A stretch of 64,000 nt of DNA from Gemmatimonadota bacterium (GTDB lineage Bacteria; Gemmatimonadota; Gemmatimonadetes; Gemmatimonadales; GWC2-71-9): positions 1-64,000 of the forward strand of contig JBDHKN010000029.1 in NCBI GenBank assembly GCA_039586365.1, written 5' to 3'. Below, piece by piece: positions 38,837 to 49,326 of this stretch. Below the pieces are notes generated by a model. The model had not been told where the DNA came from, did no database searches, and was given only the letters and a program-made list of their open reading frames with translations. Numbering within the stretch: the stretch's first letter is position 1; each line of letters begins with the position of its first letter. The translations under genes were made by a program, and so were the position numbers.

Positions 38837-39615
38837 TCCCGCTCCAGGATCAGTGGTCTCACAATCGCTATGGACTTTGCCGCAAACGACTCCGTCTTCG
38901 CTCCGTCCCACACAGCAAAGGAAATCAGCGGATCACTTCCCGGTGCCAGCTCGATTGCGCCATCTTGTTGGCTACTCAATGATCGCTTGAACACCACGTA
39001 CCACTTGCCATCCCTGTGCTCCCCCTTGGCCGTGACATTCTGGCTCTCCAACGGTGTCTGCGTTCCGGGACCCGATGTTATCAACTCGGCGACCGCCTTG
39101 ACCGAGTCACTTGCGTTCTGATGTTGTGCGGTATCCCAGTCGGCGCGCCAGTGCCAGATGTTGCCACTGCCGCCTTGAGCCATCATCTGTCCCATTGCCG
39201 GCGAGTCCGCCGGCTCGATGAAAACAGCGCACGCATCGGGCTTTGGTGCGACGTCACGGTTCTCCGTGTCATCTGCGAACTCGACTTGGAATGCGATCTC
39301 GCCACCGTTGTAGGCCCCCCTGACCCAAATGTCCCTTTCCTCGGTGCCGTACGGCACTCTGGCATTCTGAGGCCACAGGTGAATCCTCATAGCTGCCATG
39401 CCGGCCCAGTATTCAGCGAGGGGGTCTAACGGGAGGTCAGAAGTTGTGTACCCGATCCTCAATGGTTCTTCTTCTGTCACGCCCACGAGACGGTCTCGGG
39501 TCAGACTGTACATCACGCCGAAGAACGCCGCTCCCAGGAGCAACAACGGCACGAAAAACCTGAGCATCGTTGCTGTGGTGTGTTTACGCGCGCCGGTGTC
39601 GATGGTGTACCTCAT
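38833..39615 (-). CDS. Ethylbenzene-dehydrogenase-gamma-like (DOMON-like, heme b) membrane-anchored protein
   Basis: DACAV...MMAQ...NIWHWRA...WYVVFKRSL...SFAVWDGA..E....KS; N-terminal TM. Confidence 0.75.
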   Translation of the reverse strand: MRYTIDTGARKHTTATMLRFFVPLLLLGAAFFGVMYSLTRDRLVGVTEEEPLRIGYTTSDLPLDPLAEYWAGMAAMRIHLWPQNARVPYGTEERDIWVRGAYNGGEIAFQVEFADDTENRDVAPKPDACAVFIEPADSPAMGQMMAQGGSGNIWHWRADWDTAQHQNASDSVKAVAELITSGPGTQTPLESQNVTAKGEHRDGKWYVVFKRSLSSQQDGAIELAPGSDPLISFAVWDGAKTESFAAKSIAIVRPLILERD

Positions 39616-39933
39616 TGTTGTGTGCGTGGAATCTTCTCATTGTGCATCGCGGCATGGTAGAGGAATGTAGCGAGTACAATCGCCGACTGCCTTAGATCTG
39701 CCTCGTTGAACCGTTCGCAGAGATCCGTGTTCGTGTGGTGGGACGGACATCCCCAAGCAGTACTTTTGGCTAAATGGAATAGACGCCTGTACCAACAATG
39801 TTGTCAGTCCCGGGAGTGAGTAAGATATGAGTTGAAGTACGATCCGCGAGCCGCGCCGGCCTTGCGACGTAGCGGTAGCTCCGGTCCCAATCGCGCGGTA
39901 CCTTAGGGCGACTCGACACCCGTAGACTATTCC

Positions 39934-42900
39934 ATGCAAACTGACTCTGCTGTAAAAGGTGGCACCGCCAAGAGCGCAATTCTGGCATTGCTGACCGTGA
40001 CGATCGCGGTACTGCCGCTCCAGAGGCAGCAAGCCGCCCCGGAACCGCTGTTCGGCCTCGAGACGATCTTCGAGGACGGCCTCTTGCTCCAGGACCGGAA
40101 CGGCGACGGTCACATAGACCACGTTGCCGCGCATTTGTCACTTGGCAGCGCTCCGAGCGATCGCGACGTGGCCGCTGCTGCCAATGTCGCAGCTCGCTTG
40201 GGGTTCGAGACTGCTGCGATGAATCTGCCCCTTACTACAGCGACTGAGGGCGTCACCATCGCCGTCGGGCGGTCTGCTACGGCGCAATTGGCTATCCCGC
40301 CCGATCGCCTCGGCGCAGATCTGGAACCTGGTGTGGGCGTCGCTGCTGTGTTGGACCGTGAAGCGGGACCTGCCCTTGTCGTCACAGGGGGCGACGACGT
40401 GGGAACAGCCGCGGCCGCACTAGCTCTCGCCGCCCGGGCACCACACCTGTGGGACCCTGACGGGCCGACCTTCCAAGATGTGACCGCGGCAACGGGCGGG
40501 GTTCTCGGGGCGGCCCAGATCGAGGACGCAAGTGTGCGAGTGACTCGGTTCCTGGTCGACCACGACACACCCGGGCTGCACCGGCTTGATGTTGAGGTCC
40601 GCGTGCCCCGCGAGATGCTGAGCCGAGCCGAAAGCGCACTGCTTCAGGCGGCTGCGCCCGATACCGCACCGTCCGAGCCAGAGGCTGCGACCGAGGTGGC
40701 ACAGGCCGCCGAGACCGCACAGCAACCAACCTCCCTGCGGTTCGACGGATTGCGCTTGCTGCGGATCTATCTGTCGGCCGTCGCAACCGAGCCGATCATC
40801 CTCCACATTGCCGGAACAGAGGATCCGCCGGAATCAGGGTCGGGCCGTCGTCCCGGCGGAGGCGACAAGACCGATCTGGATCTCTCTAACCTCTACACGA
40901 CCGACGGATTCCTCGGCGATTCGGACCGTGACCTCATCCCCGATCGGGTGGACGTATTGCTGAGCGCCGCCGGCGAGACATCCGGGGCAACCGCTGACCT
41001 CGCCGCGCGTATCGCGCTGGAGGCCACTGGCGTCGTAATCCCAATCGCTGTGCCGCCGGAGGAGATCGATGATCCGGAAGAACGACCCCCGCTTGTTCTC
41101 ATTGGAGGCACGCATCCGTTGATCGGGCAGCTCGTTGACGAGGAGAAGCTATCCATCCCCGAGTTGCAGCCAGGTCAGGGTCTGATCCGGGTGGTCCCCA
41201 AGGCGTTCGACGAGAAACCTGCGCTCATCGTTGTCGGTGCCGATGCAGCCGGTCTGGAGCGCGCGGTGCGGCAAGTCGCGGAGCGATTTCCGAATCTGTG
41301 GGAACGCGGCAAAGACCGCACTACGATCGAGGACGTGCGGCATGATCTCTGGCTAGCTCTGTCTAGTCGTTCTCCCATCGGACAGGCGGCCAGCGCCATC
41401 TACAAACTCGACCAGATCGCCGAGCAACTGGCCGGTACCGATCTCGAGAACGCGTCTGTCTCCGTCCATGTGGAGCAGGCCGATGTCGGATTCGGTGAGT
41501 TCGTACGTGACCGCTTAGCAGAGAGACTGCATGCAGATCGGCTCGACGTCACCATCGACAACCTTGATGTGCAGCACGCCAAGCTACTGATCGACGAAAC
41601 CTTCGACGTCACCTCTGAAGTCGACGAGTTTTGGAGAATCTTTCATTCAGACGTTCTGCCGCGCGTGAGCAGTGGACAGGCCGTAGTCGTCGACGCGCTG
41701 TTGAGTGAGCCGCCTGAGATCCGATCGCAGATCGAGCGGCGGGTGGAGCGAGAGCTCATGGATGCCGGGGCTGATCCCGCCACGACGTCGGTGACCGTGC
41801 TATCGGCGTATAAGCAGGGCTACAGCTGGCTGTACGACGTGGTGCGACCGGCGTTGCAGGGCCAATCGCTCGACACGCTGCTCATCCGTTTCGCCGAGAT
41901 CGGTGCCCCGGAGGATTGGCCGCAACAGGCGATGTACACGCCCACCCGCTGGCTGTTGGAGATCTATCCCATAGACGAGGTGCTGGCACGAGAACTCGGC
42001 GTGGACCTGGGACGGATCAGGTTTGAGAAGATGCCGCTTGGTGCTCCCACGTATGAGGTCGTCGCAACCGCGCCGGGTGGCGAAGAGATCCTCCACCAGA
42101 GGTTCGAGCCCAAGTACGTGCTGCGTCCCTACTTCGACCGCTTCCCCGACTACGAGAAATCGCGGGTGACTACCGGATGGATCACGGCTAGTGTCGGTCA
42201 GGATACGGTGGCGGATCGACGCATCATCACAGACATAGAGAGATTCTGGAACCAGTTCCAATCGCGCACACTGATGCAGATATACGACTATGTCATGCGC
42301 AATGGACGAGGGAAGCCACAGGCGTCGGACGCCCCCCATTTCGGTGAGCTGATTGTCGACGTGTCCCTCAGTGAGCCCGACTACCAGGTTGGCGTGGACC
42401 AAGAACAGATAGCGTCGCTGGAAGCGCTGCACGAGGAGATCTATTTCGGCGTGCTGCATTTCTTCGATGTTATGGGTCGGCTGGCGCGGGGCCAAGCGCT
42501 GAACTACCCGGGTCGCGTGATCCCGATCGTTCGCCCGAGGAGCGACGGCGCGGCGGGGCATGCCAAAGTCACATTCACAGGATTTGGGGCGGCCGGGCCA
42601 ATGGTGACCGTGACCTCGCAACAAAGGGGGAAACACGCGGTGACAGAGCGGCGGCCGATCCCACCAGTCACGCTGGACAAACCCACTGCTCTCGCTGCGC
42701 TGGTGAGCGCCGGCCAACCCGGAGTGGACGAACTGGAGTTCCGCGTGAAGGTCGATTTCGCGGACGACCACCGTGACGAGTTCGTGCTACGCACCAGTGC
42801 CCGAAACGTCGACAGCCGGATCACCTCGGCACAACAGGTTACCAGCTTGACGGATATCGCCAAGGCTCTGCGCGACGCCGGCCTGTACCGCGGCGAACTG

Positions 42901-44190
42901 GCGTCGCCTGGCCGAGGTACAATCAGGTTGTCGGCGTACTGGGGTCAAGAATTCGCGGCGGACTCCCAACGGACTGCCAGCTTGCCCGCCAACGGCGTGC
43001 CACCGACGTTTCCCGACATCGCTGCGCTGAGGCCGGAAGGATATGAGTGGACGGGTGAGACGATGGTACAGTGGCACACCCCGATCCCGCCGTCCGAGGC
43101 AGCCGAAATCCTGTCCAAGATGGCGACCTTCTCTCAAGCCACCGCGTACCAAGTGGGCAAGAGCTATCTCGGCGAGCGCATCTGGGCCATGGACATGATG
43201 GCCCCCGTAGCCGCGTCGCACTGGTCGCAGGCCAAGGCGTCCACACTCAAGCCGACAGTGGTGTACTCCGCCCGGGAGCACGCGAATGAGGTCTCCTCCA
43301 CCAGTCATGTTCTGAAGTTGGCCGAACTGATACTGACCGACCCTGAGTACGCAGGTGTGCTCGACAAGGTGAACGTCGTCATCCATCCGATCACCAACCC
43401 CGATGGAGCACAACTGCAGCATGAGCTCTCTCAGATCACGCCCGACCACATGTTGCACGCCGCATACCTTGGGTCGCTCGGGGTGAACGCCACCGCCGGA
43501 CAAACCGACGATGATCCCATCTATCCCGAAGCCAAGGTTCGTCCCAGACTCTGGAGCACCTGGTTACCGGACATCTTCCTCAACCCACACGGCTACCCGT
43601 CACATGAGTGGGTGCAACTGTTCTCTGAGTACGCCGCGTGGGTGCGTACGAGGGCCACCGAACAGCGCGGTTGGTGGGGCATGAGAGGTTGGTTCATGCC
43701 GAGTTTCAACTACGTCGACAGCCCTGATTTCCCCGATCACAAAGCGGCAGCCTTCGAGATCCGCGATCGAATTACTGAGAAGATCAACGCCATTCCAGAG
43801 ATCTACGCACTCAATCGCCGAGCGTATGATCGGTATCGGCGTTACGCATTCCAGTGGGATTCCGAGAGCTTCAAGATGGACTTTGCCGACTCGGTCCTGA
43901 TATACACCTCGATCACGGGTTCCAGCGGTGAGGGTGGTGGTACTATGTCCAATCCAAGGGTGACCATCTGGTCAGGAGTGACCGAAGCGCCCGATGAGCC
44001 GGCTCATGGCGACTGGATGGGACTGGTCGCTACTGCCGGATTGGAGTGGGACAAGGCAGTGCTGGAATATCTCATCGAAGGTGAGCATGAAGTCGAGCGA
44101 ACTGAGAAGCAGTTCGCCGGTGGCGTGAGCTTCAGGCTGCACCGGCCCCGACCACCGAAACGCAAGGGTGCCGAGGAAGAGACGGGATGA
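39934..44190 (+). CDS. Large secreted M14-family zinc carboxypeptidase-domain protein
   Basis: AREHANE, HPITNPDG, FLNPHG in the C-terminal third; signal peptide. Confidence 0.85.
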   Translation: MQTDSAVKGGTAKSAILALLTVTIAVLPLQRQQAAPEPLFGLETIFEDGLLLQDRNGDGHIDHVAAHLSLGSAPSDRDVAAAANVAARLGFETAAMNLPLTTATEGVTIAVGRSATAQLAIPPDRLGADLEPGVGVAAVLDREAGPALVVTGGDDVGTAAAALALAARAPHLWDPDGPTFQDVTAATGGVLGAAQIEDASVRVTRFLVDHDTPGLHRLDVEVRVPREMLSRAESALLQAAAPDTAPSEPEAATEVAQAAETAQQPTSLRFDGLRLLRIYLSAVATEPIILHIAGTEDPPESGSGRRPGGGDKTDLDLSNLYTTDGFLGDSDRDLIPDRVDVLLSAAGETSGATADLAARIALEATGVVIPIAVPPEEIDDPEERPPLVLIGGTHPLIGQLVDEEKLSIPELQPGQGLIRVVPKAFDEKPALIVVGADAAGLERAVRQVAERFPNLWERGKDRTTIEDVRHDLWLALSSRSPIGQAASAIYKLDQIAEQLAGTDLENASVSVHVEQADVGFGEFVRDRLAERLHADRLDVTIDNLDVQHAKLLIDETFDVTSEVDEFWRIFHSDVLPRVSSGQAVVVDALLSEPPEIRSQIERRVERELMDAGADPATTSVTVLSAYKQGYSWLYDVVRPALQGQSLDTLLIRFAEIGAPEDWPQQAMYTPTRWLLEIYPIDEVLARELGVDLGRIRFEKMPLGAPTYEVVATAPGGEEILHQRFEPKYVLRPYFDRFPDYEKSRVTTGWITASVGQDTVADRRIITDIERFWNQFQSRTLMQIYDYVMRNGRGKPQASDAPHFGELIVDVSLSEPDYQVGVDQEQIASLEALHEEIYFGVLHFFDVMGRLARGQALNYPGRVIPIVRPRSDGAAGHAKVTFTGFGAAGPMVTVTSQQRGKHAVTERRPIPPVTLDKPTALAALVSAGQPGVDELEFRVKVDFADDHRDEFVLRTSARNVDSRITSAQQVTSLTDIAKALRDAGLYRGELASPGRGTIRLSAYWGQEFAADSQRTASLPANGVPPTFPDIAALRPEGYEWTGETMVQWHTPIPPSEAAEILSKMATFSQATAYQVGKSYLGERIWAMDMMAPVAASHWSQAKASTLKPTVVYSAREHANEVSSTSHVLKLAELILTDPEYAGVLDKVNVVIHPITNPDGAQLQHELSQITPDHMLHAAYLGSLGVNATAGQTDDDPIYPEAKVRPRLWSTWLPDIFLNPHGYPSHEWVQLFSEYAAWVRTRATEQRGWWGMRGWFMPSFNYVDSPDFPDHKAAAFEIRDRITEKINAIPEIYALNRRAYDRYRRYAFQWDSESFKMDFADSVLIYTSITGSSGEGGGTMSNPRVTIWSGVTEAPDEPAHGDWMGLVATAGLEWDKAVLEYLIEGEHEVERTEKQFAGGVSFRLHRPRPPKRKGAEEETG

Positions 44191-44307
44191 CGCAGCTGGT
44201 CGTCGCAGCAGACCTGGTGGCGAGTACCACAGCAGCCCGGCTCCAACAACCCAGCGATGGTGGCAGGCGGCACTCCGGGCTCCACCACCGTCTATAGCCA
44301 GGCGTCG

Positions 44308-44847
44308 TTACTTGACGAGCCCGAGAACGGCTTTGAACATCGGACCTTCAGCTGCCTTCAACAGCTCGTACAGCGCGGTTTCGGTCGAAGTGATCACCGC
44401 GCCTGCTCCCTGCATCTTGGCGAGACCGATCCTCTTGTTGTCCAGCGTTCGGGATGACACAGCATCGGCAACGACCTGCACCTCATAGCCCGCGTCAATC
44501 AGTTGTAACGCTGTTTGATGAACACAGATGTGAGTCTCGATCCCCGTCAACAGAATCTGTCGCCGATTCAGTCCTTGAAGGGCTGCAGTGAATGTCTTCT
44601 CTCCACAGCAGCTGAAACTGGTCTTGCTAATCACCTCTACGTCAGTGAGGAGGTCGGCGATTTCCGCTACGGTCGGCCCGATTCCCTGGGGATATTGTTC
44701 CGTTACCAGAATTGGGACCCCCAGAATCCTTGCTCCCTGTATCATCCGTCGCAGGTTTTCAAACAGCTCGGACTTGTGGTGCATGAGCTGGGCTAGTTTG
44801 CCCTGGACATCGACCACGACCAGGATAGTGTCTTCTCGCTGCAACAT
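44308..44847 (-). CDS. Isochorismatase-family cysteine hydrolase
   Basis: VVDVQGKL, TEQYPQGIG, KTSFSC, GIETHICVHQT, DAVSSR. Confidence 0.92.
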   Translation of the reverse strand: MLQREDTILVVVDVQGKLAQLMHHKSELFENLRRMIQGARILGVPILVTEQYPQGIGPTVAEIADLLTDVEVISKTSFSCCGEKTFTAALQGLNRRQILLTGIETHICVHQTALQLIDAGYEVQVVADAVSSRTLDNKRIGLAKMQGAGAVITSTETALYELLKAAEGPMFKAVLGLVK

Positions 44848-45109
44848 CAGTGCATTTGCCTTTCAGTGAGCTCCTGGTGTTGAGGCAAAGCCGCCCAGCC
44901 CGCCGTCCGCACACACAGACGGTGTACCACCGTTTCCAGCCGTGGCTCGAAACAGCCTCTCCACCGCTCGCAACAGGCGTGGCTGCGGCGGGTATGACAA
45001 TGAGGTCATGCCGAGCGTCGCCGGAATTTGCTTGTCCTGCTCACTTGACGCTAATCTATATGGCACGGCTCGAAACGGTGCCTGTCGTAGGGACGCAGGA
45101 GGTCTGATA

Positions 45110-45910
45110 ATGGCAATCATAACCATATCCCGGGGGATATACACCGGTGGCGAAGCTTTGGCGGAATGCCTCAGCAATGAACTGGGCTACCGCTTGGTAT
45201 CCCGAGAGGACTTGCTGACCGACGTTGCTGCGGAGTACGGCGCATCTAAGGAACAGTTGGAGTCAGCTCTCATGCACAAGCCAGGGTTTTTGGAGGGCCG
45301 TGGCCTCAGGCGATTGCACTACATCTACTGTGTGCAGGCTGGGATCGCCAGTGTAATCCAGAGTGACAACGTGGTGTATCACGGACAGGCGGGACATGTG
45401 CTGCTCAAAGGTATCGCCCACCACCTGAGAGTCAGGGTAGTGGCGGCTATGGAGCATCGCATCAACGCTGCCATGGAGCGGTGCGACCTGACGCGGGAGA
45501 AGGCGCGAGAATACCTAAAGGAGTTGGATGGCCAGCGGGACAACTGGATGAGATGGGTCCATGGTATCGACACCAGTGATCCGGCGCTGTTTGACCTTGT
45601 GATCAATCTGGAACGCATCACGATCGCGGGTGCCTGCGCGCTTGTCGCTCGAACCGCCACCGATCATTTCCAGAGAACCGCGGAGGCTCAGAAAGCTGTG
45701 GACGATCTGGTTCTCACCAGTGCGATTAGGGCCAGGATCGGTCAAGACCCGAGTATCTCGGACGACAGAGTTGACATCGATGCCAAAGACGGAGTGGTCA
45801 CGATCACGGCTAAGGCGCGCGCTTTGGCCGAAGTCGATAGAGTCCGGGACGTCGTGCAAGCGATTCCCGGTGTGAAGGAAGTTCACTCGAAGATAGGGCC
45901 TGGCTCCTAG
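45110..45910 (+). CDS. Cytidylate kinase-like family protein with C-terminal BON domain
   Basis: AIITISRG..GG, NVVYHG, LRVRVVA, FDLVIN; C-terminal IDAKDGVVTI...IPGVKEV. Confidence 0.85.
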   Translation: MAIITISRGIYTGGEALAECLSNELGYRLVSREDLLTDVAAEYGASKEQLESALMHKPGFLEGRGLRRLHYIYCVQAGIASVIQSDNVVYHGQAGHVLLKGIAHHLRVRVVAAMEHRINAAMERCDLTREKAREYLKELDGQRDNWMRWVHGIDTSDPALFDLVINLERITIAGACALVARTATDHFQRTAEAQKAVDDLVLTSAIRARIGQDPSISDDRVDIDAKDGVVTITAKARALAEVDRVRDVVQAIPGVKEVHSKIGPGS

Positions 45911-45950
45911 ATCATTCTGCAGGCACACGCAGGGAGTGTGGAGAATCTCT

Positions 45951-45983
45951 CCCGACGTCGCTCGGCGTCGGGGTTTCGGTTTT
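45951..45983 (+). terminator. Putative intrinsic terminator
   Basis: CCCGACGTCG-CT-CGGCGTCGGG followed by a T-rich tail. Confidence 0.45.
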
Positions 45984-46106
45984 CACTGGGCGTCCCATCA
46001 ACTAGTTTTGCTGACAACCTTAGATATCAATAATGAGGGTGATTGCGGGCCCACGGTCCCGCTGAGCTCATCACACCTGGATCCTCTCAGCTAGGAAAGG
46101 ATCACC

Positions 46107-49100
46107 ATGTTCCCCACGGCTGTCATTACGAGATGCTATTCCTGCTGCGCCGCATTGCTGATGCTCGGGTTCATGACGCAGGCTGCAGCAGCCGATCCCA
46201 TCAGATTCATGCGTGACCCCCACGTCGCGAACGGCATGATCACGTTTTCCTACTATGGTGACATCTGGATTGCCAATGTCGACGGTACCGGTGCCCGTCG
46301 CCTCACCAGCAATATCGCGCGTGACATAGCGCCACGGTTTTCCCCTGATGGGGAGTGGGTTGCGTTTTCCAGCAACCGGTTCGGCAACAACGACGTGTTC
46401 TTGATTCCCGTGTCAGGTGGTGAGCCCAGCCAGCTGACCTTCCATAGCGGCAACGACGTGGTCGCTGGTTGGACGCCGGATGGTCAGCACGTGATGTTCA
46501 CCACCACCCGAGGAACGCATCCTTTCTATTCACCCATGTATACCGTCGCTCGATCGGGGGGCATTCCTGTGCCGATGGAGATGGACCAGGCACAGAACGC
46601 CATGATCAAGCAGGACGGAACGATGGTGGCGTTCAACCGAAAACCCCTCAGCACGACTAGAAAGGAGTACAAGGGGAATCGTACCACGAACGTTTTCGTT
46701 CAGGATCTCCGAACCAAAGCGATTACGCAGCTCACCGACACCGACATCACCGAGTTCCGCAACCACACCAACGACGCGATCCCGATGTGGGGTGTCGATG
46801 GGATGGTCTACTTCGTCTCGGAACGGGACGGAATCTTCAATATCTGGAAGATCAACTCAGACGGCGGTGCACCGGTTCAGGTCACCCGTCACCGTGAAGG
46901 TGGGGTGAAATACCCGTCCATCAGTCCGGACGGACGGACGATCATCTACACCAACGATCACGAGCTCTGGACGCTCGAGGTGCCCGACGGTCAGCCCCGG
47001 AGCGTTGCCGTGGATCTCAGTTTCGATCCCACCACCAATCTCATCGAGTGGGTTGAGGCTGAAGGCCGCGCGGAAGGTATGCGTCCGTCTCCCACAGGTG
47101 ACTTCCTGGCGGTGGACTACAGAGGGGAAATCTTCATCGTGCCCACGGATGGCGAAGTGGGTGAGAAGACTCAGGTGACGAGGTCGCCGTGGAGGGACCG
47201 CTACCAGAGCTACTCCCCGGACGGCAGTCGGTTGGCGTACGTCTCGGACGAGTCCGGCCAGGAAGAACTGTGGCTGTACAGTCTGGCAGATGGCTCGCGG
47301 AGGAAGCTCTCGACCCACGAATCCCAGAAGACTGAGAACTACGTGTGGTCGCCGGATGGGAGCCGCATCGCTTTCGTGGCCGCCAATCGGCTGTTCGAGG
47401 TGGACGTCGAAAGTGGGCGCACGACGGAGCTGGGCTACAATCAGGAGCGTGGCTACAACTTGTCGCAATACTCGCCCGACGGCGGTTGGCTCTTGTACGA
47501 CCGCCGTGACGAGGACCTCGGCTGGCAGGTCTACCTCTTGGAAGTCTCCAGTCGCCAGGAACACGACCTCACGCAGCACCCATTCCGCAACTACAGTGGC
47601 AGGCTCACGCCCGACGGCAAGACACTTGTCTTCCTCTCCAGCCGTGACAACGGCACCAATCACCTCTTCACTGTTTCTCTTACGCGGCACTCAGAGGATC
47701 CGGACGATCCCCTGGTGAAAGCTCGCAGACGGCAGACCGAGGACGAGGACGAAGAGCAGCGCCAGGAGATGGCGGTCGATGTGGCGGGCATTGACAAGCG
47801 TGCGGTTCAGCTCACGCGGGGCGACACCGCCGTTGGCAGCTACTTCTTGTCTGCCGACGGAGAGACCGTCTACTTCACGAGTCGGGACGAGGACGGCCCC
47901 GCGCTCTTCTCCATCGGAATCGACGGCAAGGATCGCAAGAAGGTGAGCGACGGTGAGTTCAACCGTATCGTCCCTGCTAAGGACGGCAAGACCGCGTTCT
48001 TCTTCCAAAGACCCGAAGGCACGTCATTCGAGGTGCACAAGGTCGAGCTTCCCTCCGGCAAGAAGGAGCGAGTCTCGTTCTCGTTCAGCGTGCAGGTGGA
48101 CCACCGGGCTGAATGGGAGCAGATCTTCGAGGAGAGCTGGCGAGTCATGAAGTTCCGGTTCTACGACGAGAACATGCACGGCAAGGACTGGGACGCGATC
48201 AAGGCGGGGTACAAGTCCCTGCTGACGCATATCGGTACATATGAAGACGTCTACGATCTCTCCAATCAGATGATCGGGGAACTGAACGCCTCGCACGTTG
48301 GCGTGCGCGGGCCACCGAGCAACCCCATGGAGAGTGGGTATGAGACGCGTTTCCTCGGTGTGGAGTTGGAACCCGCCGACGGGCGCTACCGGGTGACGCA
48401 CGTCTATCGCGATGGACCGGCCGACAAGGAGTGGCTCGACATAGCAGTGGGCGACTACGTACTGGGCATCGACGGGCAAGAGATTCGGGCGGGCGACAAC
48501 TACTGGGGAATCCTCAATCACGCGCTCAACGAGTACGTGGCCGTTCGAGTCGCTGACTCGCCGGACGGGGGAGCAAGCCGCGAACTGCGGATCAAGACTG
48601 TGACCTCGTTGCGCGATACCCAGTACGAGGAGTGGGTGGCGCAGAACCGCGAATACGTTGAGCAAGTGTCCGGCGGCAAGATTGCTTACGTGCACATCAG
48701 GTCGATGAACCAGCCGTCACTCAGGCGGTTCGAGAACGAGATCGACGAGTACTGGAACGCGCAAGGAATCGTGGTCGACATCCGGTACAATGGGGGAGGG
48801 AACATAGATCAGCAGATCCTCGATATCCTGGAGCGGCGCCCTTACGAGTATTGGAACAACCGCTGGGCTTCGAGGCCCTCAGGTCGACGGCCGCGCCAGG
48901 CTATCGCTGGGCCGAAAGTGATGCTGATCAACTGGCGGTCCGCGTCAGACAGTGAAGTGACACCGTTGGGTTTTCGCGACTTGGGTCTCGGTCGAATCGT
49001 GGGCAATCCCACGGCCGCGGCGGTCATCGCCACGGGTAGCTACCGCCTGATCAATGGTGGGACGATCCGCACACCCGGGTCACTCGTGGTGTCGTACGAC

Positions 49101-49292
49101 CCCACCAAACCCAACAACTATGGGATCAATCTGGAGAACTATGGTGTGGCCCCGGATGTCTGGGCCGTCAACACTCCGGAGGACGAGCTGAACGGTTTCG
49201 ATCGAGAACTCAAGGCCGCTGTTGACGAAGCGCTCCGCATGCTCAGTGAGGGGAGGTGGCAGTTCACGCCAAACGGCAACGAAGGTAGATGA
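46107..49292 (+). CDS. Tricorn-like S41 protease
   Basis: Propeller repeats, MIGELNASH, PDZ, YVHIRSM, DIRYNGGG, SASDSE, ENYGVAPD. Confidence 0.93.
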   Translation: MFPTAVITRCYSCCAALLMLGFMTQAAAADPIRFMRDPHVANGMITFSYYGDIWIANVDGTGARRLTSNIARDIAPRFSPDGEWVAFSSNRFGNNDVFLIPVSGGEPSQLTFHSGNDVVAGWTPDGQHVMFTTTRGTHPFYSPMYTVARSGGIPVPMEMDQAQNAMIKQDGTMVAFNRKPLSTTRKEYKGNRTTNVFVQDLRTKAITQLTDTDITEFRNHTNDAIPMWGVDGMVYFVSERDGIFNIWKINSDGGAPVQVTRHREGGVKYPSISPDGRTIIYTNDHELWTLEVPDGQPRSVAVDLSFDPTTNLIEWVEAEGRAEGMRPSPTGDFLAVDYRGEIFIVPTDGEVGEKTQVTRSPWRDRYQSYSPDGSRLAYVSDESGQEELWLYSLADGSRRKLSTHESQKTENYVWSPDGSRIAFVAANRLFEVDVESGRTTELGYNQERGYNLSQYSPDGGWLLYDRRDEDLGWQVYLLEVSSRQEHDLTQHPFRNYSGRLTPDGKTLVFLSSRDNGTNHLFTVSLTRHSEDPDDPLVKARRRQTEDEDEEQRQEMAVDVAGIDKRAVQLTRGDTAVGSYFLSADGETVYFTSRDEDGPALFSIGIDGKDRKKVSDGEFNRIVPAKDGKTAFFFQRPEGTSFEVHKVELPSGKKERVSFSFSVQVDHRAEWEQIFEESWRVMKFRFYDENMHGKDWDAIKAGYKSLLTHIGTYEDVYDLSNQMIGELNASHVGVRGPPSNPMESGYETRFLGVELEPADGRYRVTHVYRDGPADKEWLDIAVGDYVLGIDGQEIRAGDNYWGILNHALNEYVAVRVADSPDGGASRELRIKTVTSLRDTQYEEWVAQNREYVEQVSGGKIAYVHIRSMNQPSLRRFENEIDEYWNAQGIVVDIRYNGGGNIDQQILDILERRPYEYWNNRWASRPSGRRPRQAIAGPKVMLINWRSASDSEVTPLGFRDLGLGRIVGNPTAAAVIATGSYRLINGGTIRTPGSLVVSYDPTKPNNYGINLENYGVAPDVWAVNTPEDELNGFDRELKAAVDEALRMLSEGRWQFTPNGNEGR

Positions 49293-49326
49293 TAGCTGAT
49301 CGCTGGTAGCTGTCAGCTGCCCTCCC

